Source of the DNA: Macrostomum lignano
Lineage: Eukaryota
Reading direction: 5' to 3'
Assembly (NCBI GenBank): GCA_002269645.1
Contig: NIVC01001119.1
Location: 1 to 64,000 of the forward strand
Length of the DNA stretch: 64,000 nucleotides
This document shows, in pieces, positions 62,001 through 64,000 of this stretch. Below the pieces are notes generated by a model that was given only the letters and a program-made list of their open reading frames with translations, had not been told where the DNA came from and did not search any database. The translations under genes and the position numbers were made by a program. Within the stretch, counting starts at the first letter, position 1. Every line of letters starts with the position of its first letter.

Positions 62001-64000
62001 GAAGGACTGATGGACAGCGGAGAGGCAGATTCTCAAGGACTGATGGACAGCGGAGAGGCAGATTCTCAAGGACTGATGGACAGCGGAGAGGCAGATTCTC
62101 AAGGACTGATGGAAAGCGGAGAGGCAGATTCTCAAGGACTGATGGAAGCGGAGAGGCAGATTCTCAAGGACTGATGGACAGCGGAGAGGCAGATTCTCAA
62201 GGACTGATGGACAGTGGAGAGCTAGATTCTGAAGGACTGATGGACAGCGGAGAGGCAGATTCTCAAGGACTGATGGACAGCGGAGAGGCAGATTCTCAAG
62301 GACTGATGGACAGCGGAGAGGCAGATTCTCAAGGACTGATGGACAGTGGAGAGGCAGATTCTCAAGGACTGATGGACAGTGGAGAGGCAGATTCTCAAGG
62401 ACTGATGGAGAGCGGAGAGGCAGATTCTCAAGGACTGATGGAGAGCGGAGAGGCAGATTCTCAAGGACTGATGGATAGCGGAGAGGCAGATTCTGAAGGA
62501 CTGATGGACAGTGGAGAGCTAGATTCTGAAGGACTGATGGACAGCGGAGAGGCAGATTCTCAAGGACTGATGGAGAGCGGAGAGGCAGATTCTCAAGGAC
62601 TGATGGAGAGCGGAGAGGCAGATTCTCAAGGACTGATGGACAGCGGAGAGGCAGATTCTCAAGGACTGATGGACAGTGGAGAGCTAGATTCTGAAGGACT
62701 GATGGACAGCGGAGAGGCAGATTCTCAAGGACTGATGGACAGCGGAGAGGCGATTCTCAAGGATTGATGGAAGCGGAGAGGCAGATTCTCAAGGACTGAT
62801 GGACAGCGGAGAGGCGGATTCTCAAGGACTGATGGACAGTGGAGAGCTAGATTCTGAAGGACTGATGGACAGCGGAGAGGCAGATTCTCAAGGACTGATG
62901 GACAGCGGAGAGGCAGATTCTCAAGGACTGATGGACAGCGGAGAGGCAGATTCTCAAGGACTGATGGACAGCGGAGAGGCAGATTCTCAAGGACTGATGG
63001 AAGCGGAGAGGCAGATTCTCAAGGACTGATGGACAGCGGAGAGGCAGATTCTCAAGGACTGATGGACAGTGGAGAGCTAGATTCTGAAGGACTGATGGAC
63101 AGCGGAGAGGCAGATTCTCAAGGACTGATGGACAGCGGAGAGGCAGATTCTCAAGGACTGATGGACAGCGGAGAGGCAGATTCTCAAGGACTGATGGACA
63201 GCGGAGAGGCAGATTCTCAAGGACTGATGGAAAGCGGAGAGGCAGATTCTCAAGGACTGATGGACAGCGGAGAGGCAGATTCTCAAGGACTGATGGACAG
63301 TGGAGAGCCAGATTCTCAAGGACTGATGGACAGCGGAGAGGCAGATTCTCAAGGACTGATAGAGAGCGGAGAGGCAGATTCTCAAGGACTGATGGACAGC
63401 GGAGAGGCAGATTCTCAAGGACTGATGGAGAGCGGAGAGGCAGTTTCTCAAGGACTGATGGAGAGCGGAGAGGCAGATTCTCAAGGACTGATGGAGAGCG
63501 GAGAGGCAGATTCTGAAGGACTGATGGACAGTGGAGAGCTAGATTCTGAAGGACTGATGGACAGCGGAGAGGCAGATTCTCAAGGACTGATGGACAGTGG
63601 AGAGCCAGATTCTCAAGGACTGATGGAGAGCGGAGAGGCAGATTCTCAAGGACTGATGGAGAGCGGAGAGGCAGATTCTCAAGGACTGATGGAGAGCGGA
63701 GAGGCAGATTCTCAAGGACTGATGGACAGCGGAGAGGCAGATTCTCAAGGACTGATGGACAGTGGAGAGCTAGATTCTGAAGGACTGATGGACAGCGGAG
63801 AGGCAGATTCTCAAGGACTGATGGACAGCGGAGAGGCAGATTCTCAAGGATTGATGGAAAGCGGAGAGGCAGATTCTCAAGGACTGATGGACAGCGGAGA
63901 GGCGATTCTCAAGGACTGATGGACAGTGGAGAGCTAGATTCTGAAGGACTGATGGACAGCGGAGAGGCAGATTCTCAAGGACTGATGGACAGCGGAGAGG
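59017..64000 (+). repeat. 33-bp tandem array, ~150 units, running off the window; one frame reads (MDSGEADSQGL)n
   Basis: Unit ATGGACAGCGGAGAGGCAGATTCTCAAGGACTG; 1045-codon ORF 59037-62174 and further blocks. Coding status unproven. Confidence 0.95.

Overview
Repeat-rich eukaryotic (metazoan) genomic DNA with spliceosomal introns. The style (GACA/TTAG microsatellites, large intronic minisatellites, GC-rich exons) resembles a free-living flatworm such as Macrostomum, but that is inference. Host genes I can reconstruct: an intronless secreted C-type lectin + PAN/apple protein (15598-16377, -), an intronless secreted PAN + LamG/ConA protein (23387-24304, +), a 3-exon clarin-family gene (30708-33202, +), and a 7-exon, 413-aa Ig-superfamily adhesion protein with signal peptide, 3 Ig-like domains, TM helix and PDZ-binding tail (42543-55674, -). 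Mobile DNA: a spliced PHD-FLYWCH-MULE (Mutator/Phantom-type) transposase, several Mutator/Foldback and hAT-like MITEs, a 2.2-kb solo LTR with 4-bp TSD, decayed mariner and LINE relics, and a possible tRNA-derived SINE. The window ends in a 33-bp tandem array of at least 5 kb that reads as an acidic (MDSGEADSQGL)n peptide. The most unusual signal is sharply bounded, nearly CpG-free patches whose TE relics carry C>T/G>A changes at CpA/TpG and CpT as well as CpG, a RIP-like hypermutation signature not established in animals. Second, three intronic minisatellites of the Ig gene are antisense to its own start codon, TM-exon acceptor and last exon. Most long ORFs in the supplied track are translations of simple repeats.
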